In this document: positions 22,610 to 35,681 of the stretch, in pieces
Layout of the letters: each line of letters starts with the position of its first letter
Numbering within the stretch: the first letter of the stretch is position 1
Assembly: GCF_001194135.2 (NCBI RefSeq)
Contig: NC_069000.1
Location: 7,000,351-7,064,350, forward strand
Direction of reading: 5' to 3'
Length of the DNA: 64,000 nucleotides
Origin: Octopus bimaculoides
Taxonomy: Eukaryota
The notes under the pieces: model-generated
Database searches by the model: none
The model's input: only the letters and a program-made list of their open reading frames with translations
What the model was told of the DNA's origin: nothing
Made by a program: the position numbers and the translations under genes

Positions 22610-23030
22610 TAACATGTTTTCCATGCTGGCGTGGGTTGGATGGTAACAGAAACAGGCTAGCCAGGGTGCTGTCCAGACACTAATTGTCTGTTGTGACATG
22701 GTTTCTATGGCTAGATGTCCTTCCTAACACCAACTACTTTACAGAATGTGCCAGGTGCTTTTTACAAGCCACCAGCATGGGTATGTTTATGCAGAACCAG
22801 CATGAGTGCATTTTACGTGGCACTGGCACTTGTAAAGGACAATCCTGTATGTAAGGATGGATGACAGCAATTTCACTGAGCTTGACACATCTTCTCAAGT
22901 ACAGCAAATTGCCACACCTCCCAGTCCCTTGTCATTTCCTCAGTGAGGTCCAGTATCAGAGGATCCCTTCTCACCACTTCATCCCATGTCTTCCTGGGTC
23001 TACGCTTTCCACAGGTTCCCTCCACAATTA
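22610..23030 (-). mobile_element. RTE LINE 3' fragment
   Basis: VEGTCGKRRPRKTWDEVVRRD plus the 3'UTR motif ggatgcccttcctaac shared with the 32672 copy. Confidence 0.8.
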
Positions 23031-24196
23031 TGTGTGTGTGTGCATAGATAGATGTGTGTGTGTGTATTATTGTGCGGGCGTGCATGTGTGTACCCTTGTC
23101 ACGTGATGGTTGTAAATGTGCATCACCATCATGCAGTTGATGTTATTTGTTTCTGGTCTTCTACAGAAAACATTTCTGGCCATAAGGAAATATTATCTTG
23201 CTTGGAAAGGGGTAAAGGTCGGTGACAGGAAGGGTAACCATCTGTAGAAAATTTGCCGTTCTCAGAGACCTTTTAAATATTTTTTTTGCTTTCGTGAAAG
23301 GGTGGGATTTCAGTCAAGAATTTCGATTTAAGTTTTAATATTTCACTGCAAGTAGTCCCGGACAAGGTTGGTCTTAAAAGTGCTACATTGTGTGTTTAGC
23401 GGCATTTAAATAAATTTAAATATTTTTAGACTGCATTCTTATAATAATTAGGTAGCTGTGTAGGTGGAGGTATATTGAATTAACGTAAGCCACGTAATAA
23501 AGGTAAAATAAAACTTTAAATATTTTGATTCGTTCCTCCACCCCTTAAGTTCGAATGATGGGAGACAACTTTTATACTTGTGTTTCTGTATTTGTTTCAT
23601 GTCATTTTAATGTTTTGAGATCGATTGTGCAGAGGTGACGTGTTCACTTGTGGTGGGATGTTGGTTGCAACCCCGATAGTATTCAGCTGTAGGAAATCTG
23701 CCCCAATAAATTCTGTTTAACCCATGCAAGCATGGAAGAGTGAACATTAAAATGATGAGGGGCGGGTGACGCATACATACATATAATTATTGTCTTCTGT
23801 TCGTTTTTCATCGAGCTGGCATGGGTTGGACAGATTATCACAATCCGAATCAATTCTCTTTCAGAGTTACCTCCCTCTCAGACAGAGAATCACTGCCATC
23901 ATTTAACGTTTGCCTTCCATGTCAACGTGAAAAAGAAATACATGTCAAGTCACTCACAGGTGTTGCTGGTTTCATATACTTCAATACAACCTGTTCAACT
24001 TTTTGGGATTGGTGACTAACTAAAACTGGCTTCTCTATCAGGTTTGTGTAGTGATGAGGCGGGGGGGGGGTTCTTGAAACCCAACAGGATAAAAACCAGG
24101 GCCAGATTAAGCTGGCAGAATCATTCGCCCGCCGAGCAAAATGCTTAGCTACATTTCATCCGTCTGTATGTTCTGAGATCAAATTCTGCCATGGTT

Positions 24197-24988
24197 NNNN
24201 NNNNNNNNNNNNNNNNNNNNNNNNNNNNNNNNNNNNNNNNNNNNNNNNNNNNNNNNNNNNNNNNNNNNNNNNNNNNNNNNNNNNNNNNNNNNNNNNNNNN
24301 NNNNNNNNNNNNNNNNNNNNNNNNNNNNNNNNNNNNNNNNNNNNNNNNNNNNNNNNNNNNNNNNNNNNNNNNNNNNNNNNNNNNNNNNNNNNNNNNNNNN
24401 NNNNNNNNNNNNNNNNNNNNNNNNNNNNNNNNNNNNNNNNNNNNNNNNNNNNNNNNNNNNNNNNNNNNNNNNNNNNNNNNNNNNNNNNNNNNNNNNNNNN
24501 NNNNNNNNNNNNNNNNNNNNNNNNNNNNNNNNNNNNNNNNNNNNNNNNNNNNNNNNNNNNNNNNNNNNNNNNNNNNNNNNNNNNNNNNNNNNNNNNNNNN
24601 NNNNNNNNNNNNNNNNNNNNNNNNNNNNNNNNNNNNNNNNNNNNNNNNNNNNNNNNNNNNNNNNNNNNNNNNNNNNNNNNNNNNNNNNNNNNNNNNNNNN
24701 NNNNNNNNNNNNNNNNNNNNNNNNNNNNNNNNNNNNNNNNNNNNNNNNNNNNNNNNNNNNNNNNNNNNNNNNNNNNNNNNNNNNNNNNNNNNNNNNNNNN
24801 NNNNNNNNNNNNNNNNNNNNNNNNNNNNNNNNNNNNNNNNNNNNNNNNNNNNNNNNNNNNNNNNNNNNNNNNNNNNNNNNNNNNNNNNNNNNNNNNNNNN
24901 NNNNNNNNNNNNNNNNNNNNNNNNNNNNNNNNNNNNNNNNNNNNNNNNNNNNNNNNNNNNNNNNNNNNNNNNNNNNNNNNNNNNNNNN
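24197..24988. other. Assembly gap (N run). Smaller gaps at 11254-11263, 32898-33045, 50574-50585, 62490-62566, 63720-63762
   Basis: N characters. Confidence 0.99.
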
Positions 24989-25138
24989 AGCTTCGACCAC
25001 ATGTCGATGAAGAGCTGAGAGAAATACGTGTTGACACGACGCCTGCTGGATGAATAAGAGAGAGAACGCTATATCTTTATTCTCCACGTGTTGCATTGCT
25101 CATGCGTGCTCGGGTACTTCCACTGACGGCAAATCCCT

Positions 25139-25173
25139 TGCACATGCGCAATGGCACTTCCCAAGATGGCGGC
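25139..25173 (+). promoter_or_regulatory. NRF1-like plus YY1 consensus motifs in the DGAT1-TBC1D20 intergenic region
   Basis: TGCACATGCGCA at 25139-25150 and CAAGATGGCGGC at 25162-25173. Confidence 0.35.
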
Positions 25174-26483
25174 CACACGCGCCACTACAAGCAGATGTGC
25201 TCCAAGAGAAAACAGTTGGGGTTTACCCTAGCTACCTAATGGCTACCTCTGAAGAGTGGTGGGTTACATAATCAGACTGTTACCTAACACTCTGTTGAAC
25301 CCCTTGTGTGAAACCGATTGGTAAGATCGGCCGTAATGAATATATAATATTGTACATTTCTGTCTATCAATATGTATATACTGACAGACAGATTTCCACC
25401 AAATTTCCACACACTTCTGTAATATTTAAAAACATCAAATACTTCTAACTGGTTTGTTTCGAGTTTGAGATTTTAAAAGAATCGTTAAAGCGTCGGACAA
25501 AATGCCGAGTGGTACTTAATTACGGTTCTTTACGATCTGCGTTCAAATTCCGCTGCAGTCAGCTTTGTCTTTCATCCTTTTTAGATCAGTAGTAATACGA
25601 AGCACGACTCTTCTGCAAGATTCATATTTGTATAATACAGCCAAGATGAGAATGGAATTAGAAAAGAAGATAACGAATGAGAATTTCGTTATCAGCATGT
25701 AAAACTACAATATTTCAAAAATATTTGGCGAAAATTTTAAGTACTTCAAGTGAAACAAATAACCAATAATTTTAATAAAGTATTTAATTTACTAAACTAA
25801 ATGAATAATTACAATGAAAATTAATTTTAAAAGTCACAGTCCCTCAGTTAACTCTACAACGGACAATACTGGTGTTTTCTAATTTCAAAATAATCCAAAA
25901 CATAGAATTACCACGGGTGGTCGCATGACTGAGTTGCAGCAACAGTCAAGCACTTTCTCAATATACCAACGGAAAAATTTAATTTTTTTCTTTCCTTCCC
26001 AGATCCAACAATTAAAATTGTCTATTTGTAAATGCAGAAAGTCATTGGGTGACTTTTATAAAAATAAAATAAATCAAAAGAACTATAATTTTCTCGATTC
26101 TAAAACAAAATACAAAAAGAAGACTGCACTCAACAAGTTTTGACATATCAACATGTTTATACTAGCTAACGTAAGCGACACAGGTGAAGTTATACCTCAA
26201 CTTAAAATATTACTTAACATTCAGTTGAAACGTAATTTCAAAAAAATATAGAGTCGTTTTAATTATGTATAATTACAGTTCTTTAAATAATTTTTTTAGC
26301 ATATATGTATATATATACTAAATAATACGATTATTTAAATTTTAAAAGTTTTTTTTCATCCCGTGTCAGCTTGTCGTTGACGTAAGCGGTTAATATCACA
26401 TGGAGGCAAGAGAAAGTAGATGACATGGAAGAGACGAGGTGTGGAAAATGGACAGAATAGGTTGTTAATATGGTCGCTTGAAT

Positions 26484-26649
26484 ATGTTACAACAGAGCAA
26501 ACCAAACCCGATTGCTCTGCACAACACGGATTTCGTCTTACGTAAACGGTTTAAAGCTGATGTATCGCCTCCTCAATCGAATTTTCATGGAGATTCTAAA
26601 TTTTCAACGGTGCAAAGCTCACCGGTGGGAGCAAGGCGTAAACGTCCTG
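26484..26649 (+). CDS. TBC1D20: TBC1D20 exon 1 (MLQQSKPNPIALHN...GARRKRP)
   Basis: In-frame ATG after an in-frame stop at 26466-26468; GTATGT donor; phase 1 matches exon 2. The N-terminus is not conserved, so this exon is less certain. Confidence 0.7.
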
Positions 26650-27464
26650 GTATGTACATATATATACACACACACACATTCATACGTATTAATATATATA
26701 TACACGCACACACACATTTATACACACATCTGTACGTTTGTACACATATGTGTTCTTATGTACTTGTATATACATATATGTATGTGTGTATACACATACA
26801 TAAACTCTACAGTATGTATAAGTGCCCTTTCATTTGTACTCAAGTGTGTATATAGACATTCAGATATAAACACACATGTATACAATATATATTTATATAT
26901 ATGCATATGTTTGTATGTAATCCTTAAACGTATATATTATATAATGTATTTCTTAGTTTTCCTTCGTTTAAAAAAAAAAACCCACAAAAATAGGACCAAG
27001 AAACTTTGTAAGTTTTAAAAGAATTCGGTAAAATTTTGTAAATTGTTCGCACGTTTCCATAATACTTACTTAAACTATACAAATATGTTAGTCACCATTG
27101 TTGTAAACAGCTTGTAATTTGAAGGAGATTTGGCTGCTATTTCTACCCTCTCGAACGACCAAGTTCCGCATTTTCCATTCCAGCTGTTTTATGTAACATT
27201 TTCCTCTCAAATGTACATTCGCTGTTTTTCCAACTCTTATTTATCTTTTTCATTTAGTCGTGTAAAATTTGAAGCATTATCTTTCTCCATTTGGCGTTGT
27301 TTCTCTCAAACTATTTTATGCCCACTGTTGCCCGGGATGTTGTTTATATATATATATATATAATTTATATATGTGTGTGTGTTCTACGTGTGCATTTTAC
27401 TCTTAATCATATTGGTCTCAATAATTATTTCGTTGTCTTTTTGTCAAACTTCTAGAATACGGAC

Positions 27465-27495
<31 letters not shown>

Positions 27496-30400
27496 GTGTG
27501 TGTATATATATTTTGACCTCCTGCTGCTCAAGGTCCGAGATGAACCTACATTACGGCAAGAAACTCTCAAAAGAGGGTAGCCATATCGAACTCTCTCTTT
27601 CACAAAAAGCATATGTCAAGAGAAAGACCATTGAAACGGTGACAGCACTGGCAGTGCCCCAGCATGGCCACAGCCATTGGGCTGAAAACGCATAAACACA
27701 CACGCACTGCCTATTTATAGAACTGATTCAAATCTGCATAGGTGTATGTTTTCACTTCGTAAAGCGTCGATTGGTGCATTTTACACTTGGATATATCGAT
27801 GTCCCCTTTCCATATGAGGGGGTGCTGAAAAGTTCCTGGCTTTCAGGTTCTCGCGACAGACCTTGCTGGAAGCCCAACCTTCAGAGTTCTTGTAGGAATC
27901 TGAGAAGATAAAATCATAATTAACTGATCCCCCTGTATTTCCTTTTACCCAAAGCCAGGAAGTTCTCAGTCTCCCCTCCCCCCGTATATATATGTGTGTG
28001 TGTGTGTGTATACTTTTGAAGAATTAGGCTAGTTATTCCACCCCGAAAGAGGTAGGAACGGGTTTACATAGTTACAAGCAGCAGCAGCAGCTTATCTGTT
28101 GCTATTGGCAGGCATCTCTCTCCCAGAAATCTGAAAGCAGTGAAGATGAAAGCTAAAACACCTGTGTAACTGATGCTTCAGTTTAGATCGAAAGATACAC
28201 GGGTACATAATACCTTCGTTTGTAACTGTAGATACTATCTATGCGTTGCTGTTGTTGTTGAATACATATTTTCATTCATGACCATCTCGTCTTGGCTGCT
28301 GTTTCTACATTTATATTATCCAATGTTTCGTGTTCTTTCTGAAGACGAGAGTGAGATTTGTGGGTGATTTGGCTATTATTTCTTGCATATCGAACGACTA
28401 CCCCTTTATTGGCTCCCCTGTTTTTTTTTTGGTTTTTTTTCTACATTTTATAATTATTTGTTATCAGTGTGTGTATGTGTAATTAGTTCTTTAATATTCA
28501 TTGTGTAGGGCGGCGAGCTGGCAGAATCGTTAGCTCGCCGAATTAAATGCTTAGCAACATTTCGTCTGTTGCCGAGGTCAGCTTTACCCTTCATCCTTTC
28601 CTGGGGTAAATGTAACCGACTTAACTCCTAACCCAAACATTGCTGGTCCTGTGCCCAAACTTGGAACCAATATTTATTGTGTGTGTGTGTTAATGCGTAC
28701 TAGTTTCTTAAATAAGGGAACTGGCGTTGTGGAAGGTGATTAGTTTCAGATGCAATAGAGGTACAGGAACAGATGTCTTAGTGTTAAGGAGATGCATGGT
28801 TATCCCATATGTTATATATAATCGCTGAGTTAGTCAAACGTTAACCTTGTCTGTCAGTGGAATAACATGTTGGCTTCAGATTTTTCTTGAAACCTCTCTC
28901 TCAGGATCAAAGAAGTAAATATACGAATGCTTCTTTTGATTCCATCAGGGACGGACTGAGAGTATTAAGGACCCTCAGGCGTAACTGTTTACCAGGTCCC
29001 TTAGCATTGATTTACTAGAGTGCAGGCCCTTTGGCAGTGCCGATTGCCCAATGGCTCAGTCCATCTCTGATTCCTTCACATCTGAGACCACCACGTCTGG
29101 TTCTATGATGCAACCCCCACTTAATGTCTTCATTTTAAAGTGTTCATATTTAAATTAAAACATGTCTCCATAATTTTAAGAACCTTATATTTGAAATAGG
29201 AACTCCCATAACTAAATCCTTTCAAATTCTTGACGTATTTTCCAAACGGTTTTCAGCATTGGTAATGTATTCTTTCATTAGCAGTATAGTAATGGAAAGG
29301 TGAAATATAGACAAAATTCTGCTTTATATTACAAAATGATCTGTATGAAAACTACAAAAGCATTGTCCCATACTTAGGTTCAATGAAAGAATATGAAGAT
29401 TTACTAAATGAAGTCTGATGTCATTGATAGAAATAATTCGATAATAATGGATCCTAATTTTTAGGCCACAACTCCTTCATTTCAAAAACTAATCTCCATT
29501 GAAGTATTTCTTTATTATAAATTTTAATTCGGTTTGTTGCTTGGGTGAAACAATGGGCTTTGTGCAATTATAGAAGTTAATCACACATATTGTACTGTCA
29601 CATGATCTCACATAACATACACACACTTGGATACATATGCACAAAGACTGAGAGGTTGTCTGATTATTTGGAGTTAAATGAATAATTGGTTGGAATGAAT
29701 ATGCTCACCATTCAGTGCATTCACATTGGGGAGTAGTAACGACTAGGGTAAGGTAGCTGACTGCTTATTGTGATCATTCGTCTTTTGGTTTCCTGTAGCT
29801 TTGCTCTCTTTTACAAACCCAGTGAGCATACATATATTTCCTGTTTCAAAGAAATTCGAACAATACATATAAGACCCAAGTTAAAAAGATTCTCAACAAT
29901 TCAAATTTTCTGGTTGACATTAAGACACCCACAAAACTTGACATAAGGATTTAGCTAATCCCATCAGGTGGTGCTGTTAAGTTAGACATGGCCTGGACCA
30001 ATCTTTAGTTGAAACATATCTAAGTTATCTAAGATCACCATTTAATAGTTGTTGTTGTTGCTGTTTGAATTTTGTTATTTCTTATTACAGGAGGAGATGA
30101 GAAGAAAGATTCTAAACTTAAAGACTTCATAAATTATCCAACTTTTTCTGTCTCTGAACTCCGGCGTTTTGCCATCAGTTCAGGAGGACTTTTGAAAAGT
30201 GCAAACAGAAAGCGATGTTGGCCGATGCTTCTAGACATCGATGTAGATAACATACCTCCAGCACCAAGTAAGTTTCTTTTATCTGGTCTACATTTTCTTT
30301 TAATCTTTTATTACTAATAGGTGCAAGTTTGGCTTTGTGGTTGAAAAAATTGTTTCTCCAACTACATGGTTTCAGGTACAGTCCCACTGTGTAGCACCTT

Positions 30401-33400
30401 GAGCAAGTGTCTTCTATCCTAACCTCAAACCAACCAGAACCTTGTGACCTCACATCTTCAGTTTTCATCTTCTATGAACTTCTTCCATTTCTATGGCTTG
30501 ACCTTCAACCACACCACATGTACATACAACCAGTGCAGTCCTTTCTGCTGCACACTCCATCTGGGAATACTGATGCCCTTTTTTTCCTCTCTCTCTCTCT
30601 CTCTGCTCTCCTTTCTCCATCGTTGATGCACATTAACAAGTCACCCAGCAAAGTATGCTCATCTCATTTGTTATCAACCTTCAAAATGACCTTCACATTC
30701 ACAACCCATGTCTCTCAACCATGCTGTATCATACTTCATATACAAGCATCATTCAACTTGCCCTTCACTCAAAGAGAAGCCCTTTTTTTTGCCAGCAGAA
30801 GTAATACCACCCTGAGCTTTTTTCAATTACAACCTTTTAACTCTCTCAATTCAAGACCATTCTTCAACTGATTCAGCTTTAAGAACTTGATTATCAGCAT
30901 GGGCAGCCAGTTTTGAACTCATCTGTTAGACCATGGTCAGTAGCTAAGATCTGGCCCATGTTGGCTACCTTCTTGCACATTAATTTCCTTGCTGAACTCA
31001 TTGCTAATACTTCCTTACCCTGAAAGTACTTTTATATATAAGCCCTGCATTGCTTCTCCTTAATCCTTTCTTATATAAGGCCGTCATGGCTCTCTCAACC
31101 ACTACATTATAGATTGTGGTACCTTATCAAAAGCCTAAGAATGTCTCTTGTAAGTGCCTCATTAAATTGAGGGCGTCTTACATCCTGACAAAATCTTGCA
31201 CTATGATTTTTGAAAGAAAATTGTAAGCTATTTAATTATTCTCTCCAAATTATTTTCAAAATTTATTCATAAACACATGCAGTCCACTCATTAGAAATGT
31301 AATTTGTTTTCTTTGCTCTGTTCCAGAACTTTCAGTATTAAAAACTCATCGAGACTATGAGCAAGTTCTCCTGGATGTTGAAAGATCTCTTTCGAGGTTT
31401 CCTCCAGGTTTGTATTGGATTATGTTAATGTTGATGGGAGAGAGGAAGGAGAGTAGGGGTTGGCTGTATTGCTGGGAGCACTCTGGGTAAGAAGGGGAAT
31501 GAGGAAACAATAAAAAGGAAAGTGCTTCATCTGGGATGCGAGATGTAATAGAAATGAGGAAAGCTGGGATAGAGGTATGCAGTTTGTTAATTCAGAGAAG
31601 TGAAGGGTGTTGTTGTGGCAATGGAATCGACAGAAAGAGAAGTATATTTGGTGTCTGTAGGGTTTCAGGTGTGTTGATGTTTGTCACTCAAATAGCCTTT
31701 GAATATGATCTTGGCTGAGTGTATGAATGTCTGTGTATGTGCACTTCTAATAGTATGGGAGATATAAAACTTTACCTTAAGAAACATGACAATTGATAGT
31801 GGGGGTGAGAGAGAGAGAGAAGGAGGGTCAGTAGTGTACACTATATAACAATGCTATGTGGGTTTATATCCCTGCTAAATCAACTTGCCCCACACACACA
31901 CACACTGCAGTTTCTAGTGGTGCTCCTGCTATCCTTTGTACTGTGTGACACCATTACTTGTGAATTTTATAAGAATTAACATAGAGAAAATTCTTTGTGT
32001 CTCTGCTAATTCTTCTGGTTAATGTAAGAAATTTTGATGGAATCTTGTTAATAAGAGCCATTAGACATCATTGGTGAAGATTTATCACCATGTTCTACGT
32101 ATTGTCTCTCAGTGTTCTTTGTTCTTCTTTTAGGAATGCGAGAGGATAAACGACTGGTTCTTCAGGATAAACTTGTGGTCCTCATTCTTCATGTTCTGAT
32201 CAATCATCCAGAATTGCATTATTATCAGGTTGGAGATTCTTCTTTTTATGATCAATTCATTTACTAAAGCTTTAATATTTTAATATCGTTATCCCTGTTT
32301 ACATTCTGTGTTCAAATTCCACCATGGTCGACTTTGCCTTTCATCCTTTCGGGGTCGATAAATTAAGTACCAGTTGCATACTGGGGTCGATCTAATCGAC
32401 TGGCCCCCTCCCCCAAAATTTCAGGCCTTGTGCTTAGAGTAGAAAAGAATATCATCATCCCTGTTTTACATCTGCTTTCTCTGCTATTCAAAGTTACTGC
32501 CCTCCAAGACAGACTGGAGGGTCATGTCTTGCTTATATCTTTTACTTGTTTCAGTCATTGGATTGTGGCCATGCTGGGGCACTGCTTTGAAGAATTTAGT
32601 CAAATAAATCGACCACAATACTTCTGTTTTTAAGCATTGAGATAGGAAGAAACTAGGGTCTTTCATAGAAATCATCATCATCATCGTTTAACGTCCGCTT
32701 TCCATGCTAGCATGGGTTGGACGATTTGACTGAGGACTGGTGAAACCGGATGGCAACACCAGGCTCCAGTCTGATTTGGCAGAGTTTCTACAGCTGGATG
32801 CCCTTCCTAACGCCAACCACTCAGAGAGTGTAGTGGGTGCTTTTACGTGTCACCCGCACGAAAACGGCCACGCTCGAAATGGTGTCTTTTATGTGCCNNN
32901 NNNNNNNNNNNNNNNNNNNNNNNNNNNNNNNNNNNNNNNNNNNNNNNNNNNNNNNNNNNNNNNNNNNNNNNNNNNNNNNNNNNNNNNNNNNNNNNNNNNN
33001 NNNNNNNNNNNNNNNNNNNNNNNNNNNNNNNNNNNNNNNNNNNNNCTTCTCACGCACAGCCCATTTCCAAAGGTCTCGGTCCGTAGTCATCGCCTCGGTG
33101 AGGCCCAATGTACGAAGGTCTTGCCTCACCACCTCAGCCCAGGTCTTCCTGGGCCTACCTCTTCCACGGGTTCCCTCAACTGTTAGGGTGTGGCACTTTT
33201 TCACGCAGCTATCCTCCTCCATTCTCACCACATGTCCATACCAGCGCAATCGTCTCTCTTGCACGCCACAACTGATGCTTCTAATGTTCAGCTTTTCTCT
33301 CAAGATACTTACACTCTGACGGGTATTCACATTGACATTACACATCCAACGGAGCATACTGGCTTACCTCAGAATGTAAAGGCAGACGGTAATAATATTA

Positions 33401-35645
33401 ATAAAAAAAGTTGTGGGATTTTTTTCTTTTAATTCTTTAACATTTTAACCGACCATATCTGGCCCAAATATCTTGTTTTATGTTAAAATCGAGCAGATCC
33501 AGCATCTTACACCTATGCTACAATGTCAAAGCTACAAGATTATGCAGGATTAATTCAAAAGAATGTGAACAAATAAGCATAGCATTTGACAGAGTAATCT
33601 GAATGCAAAAGGGTTAAATAATAGAATTTTAGGAATTTAAGGGTTGTGACAATTCTAGAACAGTGGAAGTTGAAAAAAATAATCTAAATGCTTGATATTT
33701 TAAAATTGTTGCACACATTCTCTCTCTCTCTCTCGCACACATTCTCTCTCTCTCTCTCTATTTCTCTCTCTCCTGTGATATATGATATTACTAACTATGA
33801 TGTTATCTCTTTGATATCTAAAGGGCTACCATGATATTTGTGTTACAATCCTGCTGACTGTTGGTGAAGACCTTGCATATGCCATTGTAGATAGACTTAG
33901 CATCTCACATTTAAGGTAAATCACAGTATTTTTCTGTTTGCTTGTATTGGATTCTGTTTAGTTTGGGCTGGAGGGGAAGAAGAGCCAGGTAGATTTTGTT
34001 GATGGCTGGCCAGATTGCCTTGTCTTTTAATTACATGCTTTTATATTGCAAGTTCGAATCCTGTTGAAGTTAACTTTACCTTTTATCCTTGTGGGTCAGA
34101 TGGGGTTGATAAAAAGTCAACTGATTGCATCCTTCTTTATAAATATGTGACCTTCATCATCATCATCATCATTGTTTAACATCCACTTTCCATGCTGGCA
34201 TGGGTTGGATTGTTTGACAGGGAGCTATCCAGACTGTGTGTTGTATGGTTTCTACAGCTGGATGCCCTTTCTAATGCCAACCATTAGAGTGCTTTTTACG
34301 CCTCACTGGCACAGGTGCACCAGCACCTGAAAAGACAAGCCTGTATGTGTGAAAGACAGCAATCTTGCTTAGCTTGACGTGCCTTAAGAAATTATTATTA
34401 TAGAGGCAGTGACCTGATAGACTTGTTAGCATGCCAGACAAAATGCTTGGTATTTCGTCTGCCTTTACATTCTGAGGTCAACTTGTCTTTCACCCTATTG
34501 GAGTCGATAAAATCATGATTGATGTAACTGACAAGCCCCCTCCCTCAAAATTCCAGGCCTTGTGTCTATAGTAGAAAGAATTATTGAAGGTGGTGATGGA
34601 GAAGGGGAAGTGTTAGACTAAACATATAGTATATAGGTAACATAATCTTGTGATAAATATCTTTAAAATAGGACATAGATATAGCTTTGTGGTATAAATA
34701 CCTGATAAATACAAGGCATAGGTAATGTTTGTGACAACTGTTTGTTAAATAGAAGGCAAATACGATGTAGTTTTGTCTTTAGTATCTTGTTCCTATCTTC
34801 AAGCATTAAGTTGGACTAGATGGAAATTAAATTTGAAAAAAAAATTCATTTTACTGTTTGTAAATTTTAAAGATATTTTCTCATTTTTAAACTGAGATTG
34901 ATGTTGAGTGAAATTCTTTTTCTGCTTGTTATGAACATTCTTTCTGTCTTTGTTTGGCAGTGACTATATGGGTAGCACTATGGAGAGGACCAAAGTTATA
35001 ATGGATTATGTTTTCCCAATATTGGCCAAAGTTAATCCCAAACTTGAAGCCTATCTTCAGAAGTAAGTGTCTTTTATTGATCTGTTTTGAATAGAAAGTG
35101 TGGCAGGGAGGTTTTCAAATGCCTGCTCCTTCGTCAGGCAACAATTTCCACAGATCAACACCCAAATAGCCATGTGAAAAACTGATACAGCTCAAACAAT
35201 CCTTCCTTTGGTTTGTTGTAACATTAGAAAAATCTCCATAAATATTTTTCTGTTTGAAACAGAATTTCACACAAATATGTTGTTCTGCCAAATCCTTCTC
35301 TGTTTAATTGGTGACAAATCCCCAAATTTAAACAAATGGCTCATGCTAGCACATGTAGATTGATGTGGCTTTGTGTGACTGAAGATCAAATGCTCTTGCA
35401 CAATACTGCAGTCAGATGCACTCTGCACCAGTTGGTTGGTGAGCGGCTTTTCCAAGTCCAGTTTCTTCTCACACACTGTGATCTATCCGAATCACTTCCA
35501 TAGCAAGGCTGAATTATGCAGAATCTTTGTGTGTGTACTGCTAGTAATATACACCCTATGTCTAATACAAACACTGACAGCCTCATTTATTTCTATTGCA
35601 GAGCTGATATATGCATAATCATATCCTTACTGTCTCTAATACACA

Positions 35646-35681
<36 letters not shown>

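Noticed and set aside
24145-25096. 275-305-aa ORFs
   Set aside because: They consist almost entirely of X from the N gap.
25245-25335. Possible hammerhead ribozyme / Penelope-like end (CTGAAGAG...GAAAC, hairpin CCGAT/ATCGG)
   Set aside because: The required NUH triplet is absent (GCC), and stems I and II do not pair convincingly. An Infernal search with hammerhead models would settle it.
28505-28600. tRNA gene-like sequences (also 41467, 43990, 62231)
   Set aside because: They have A/B-box-like motifs but no complete cloverleaf and continue into SINE bodies.
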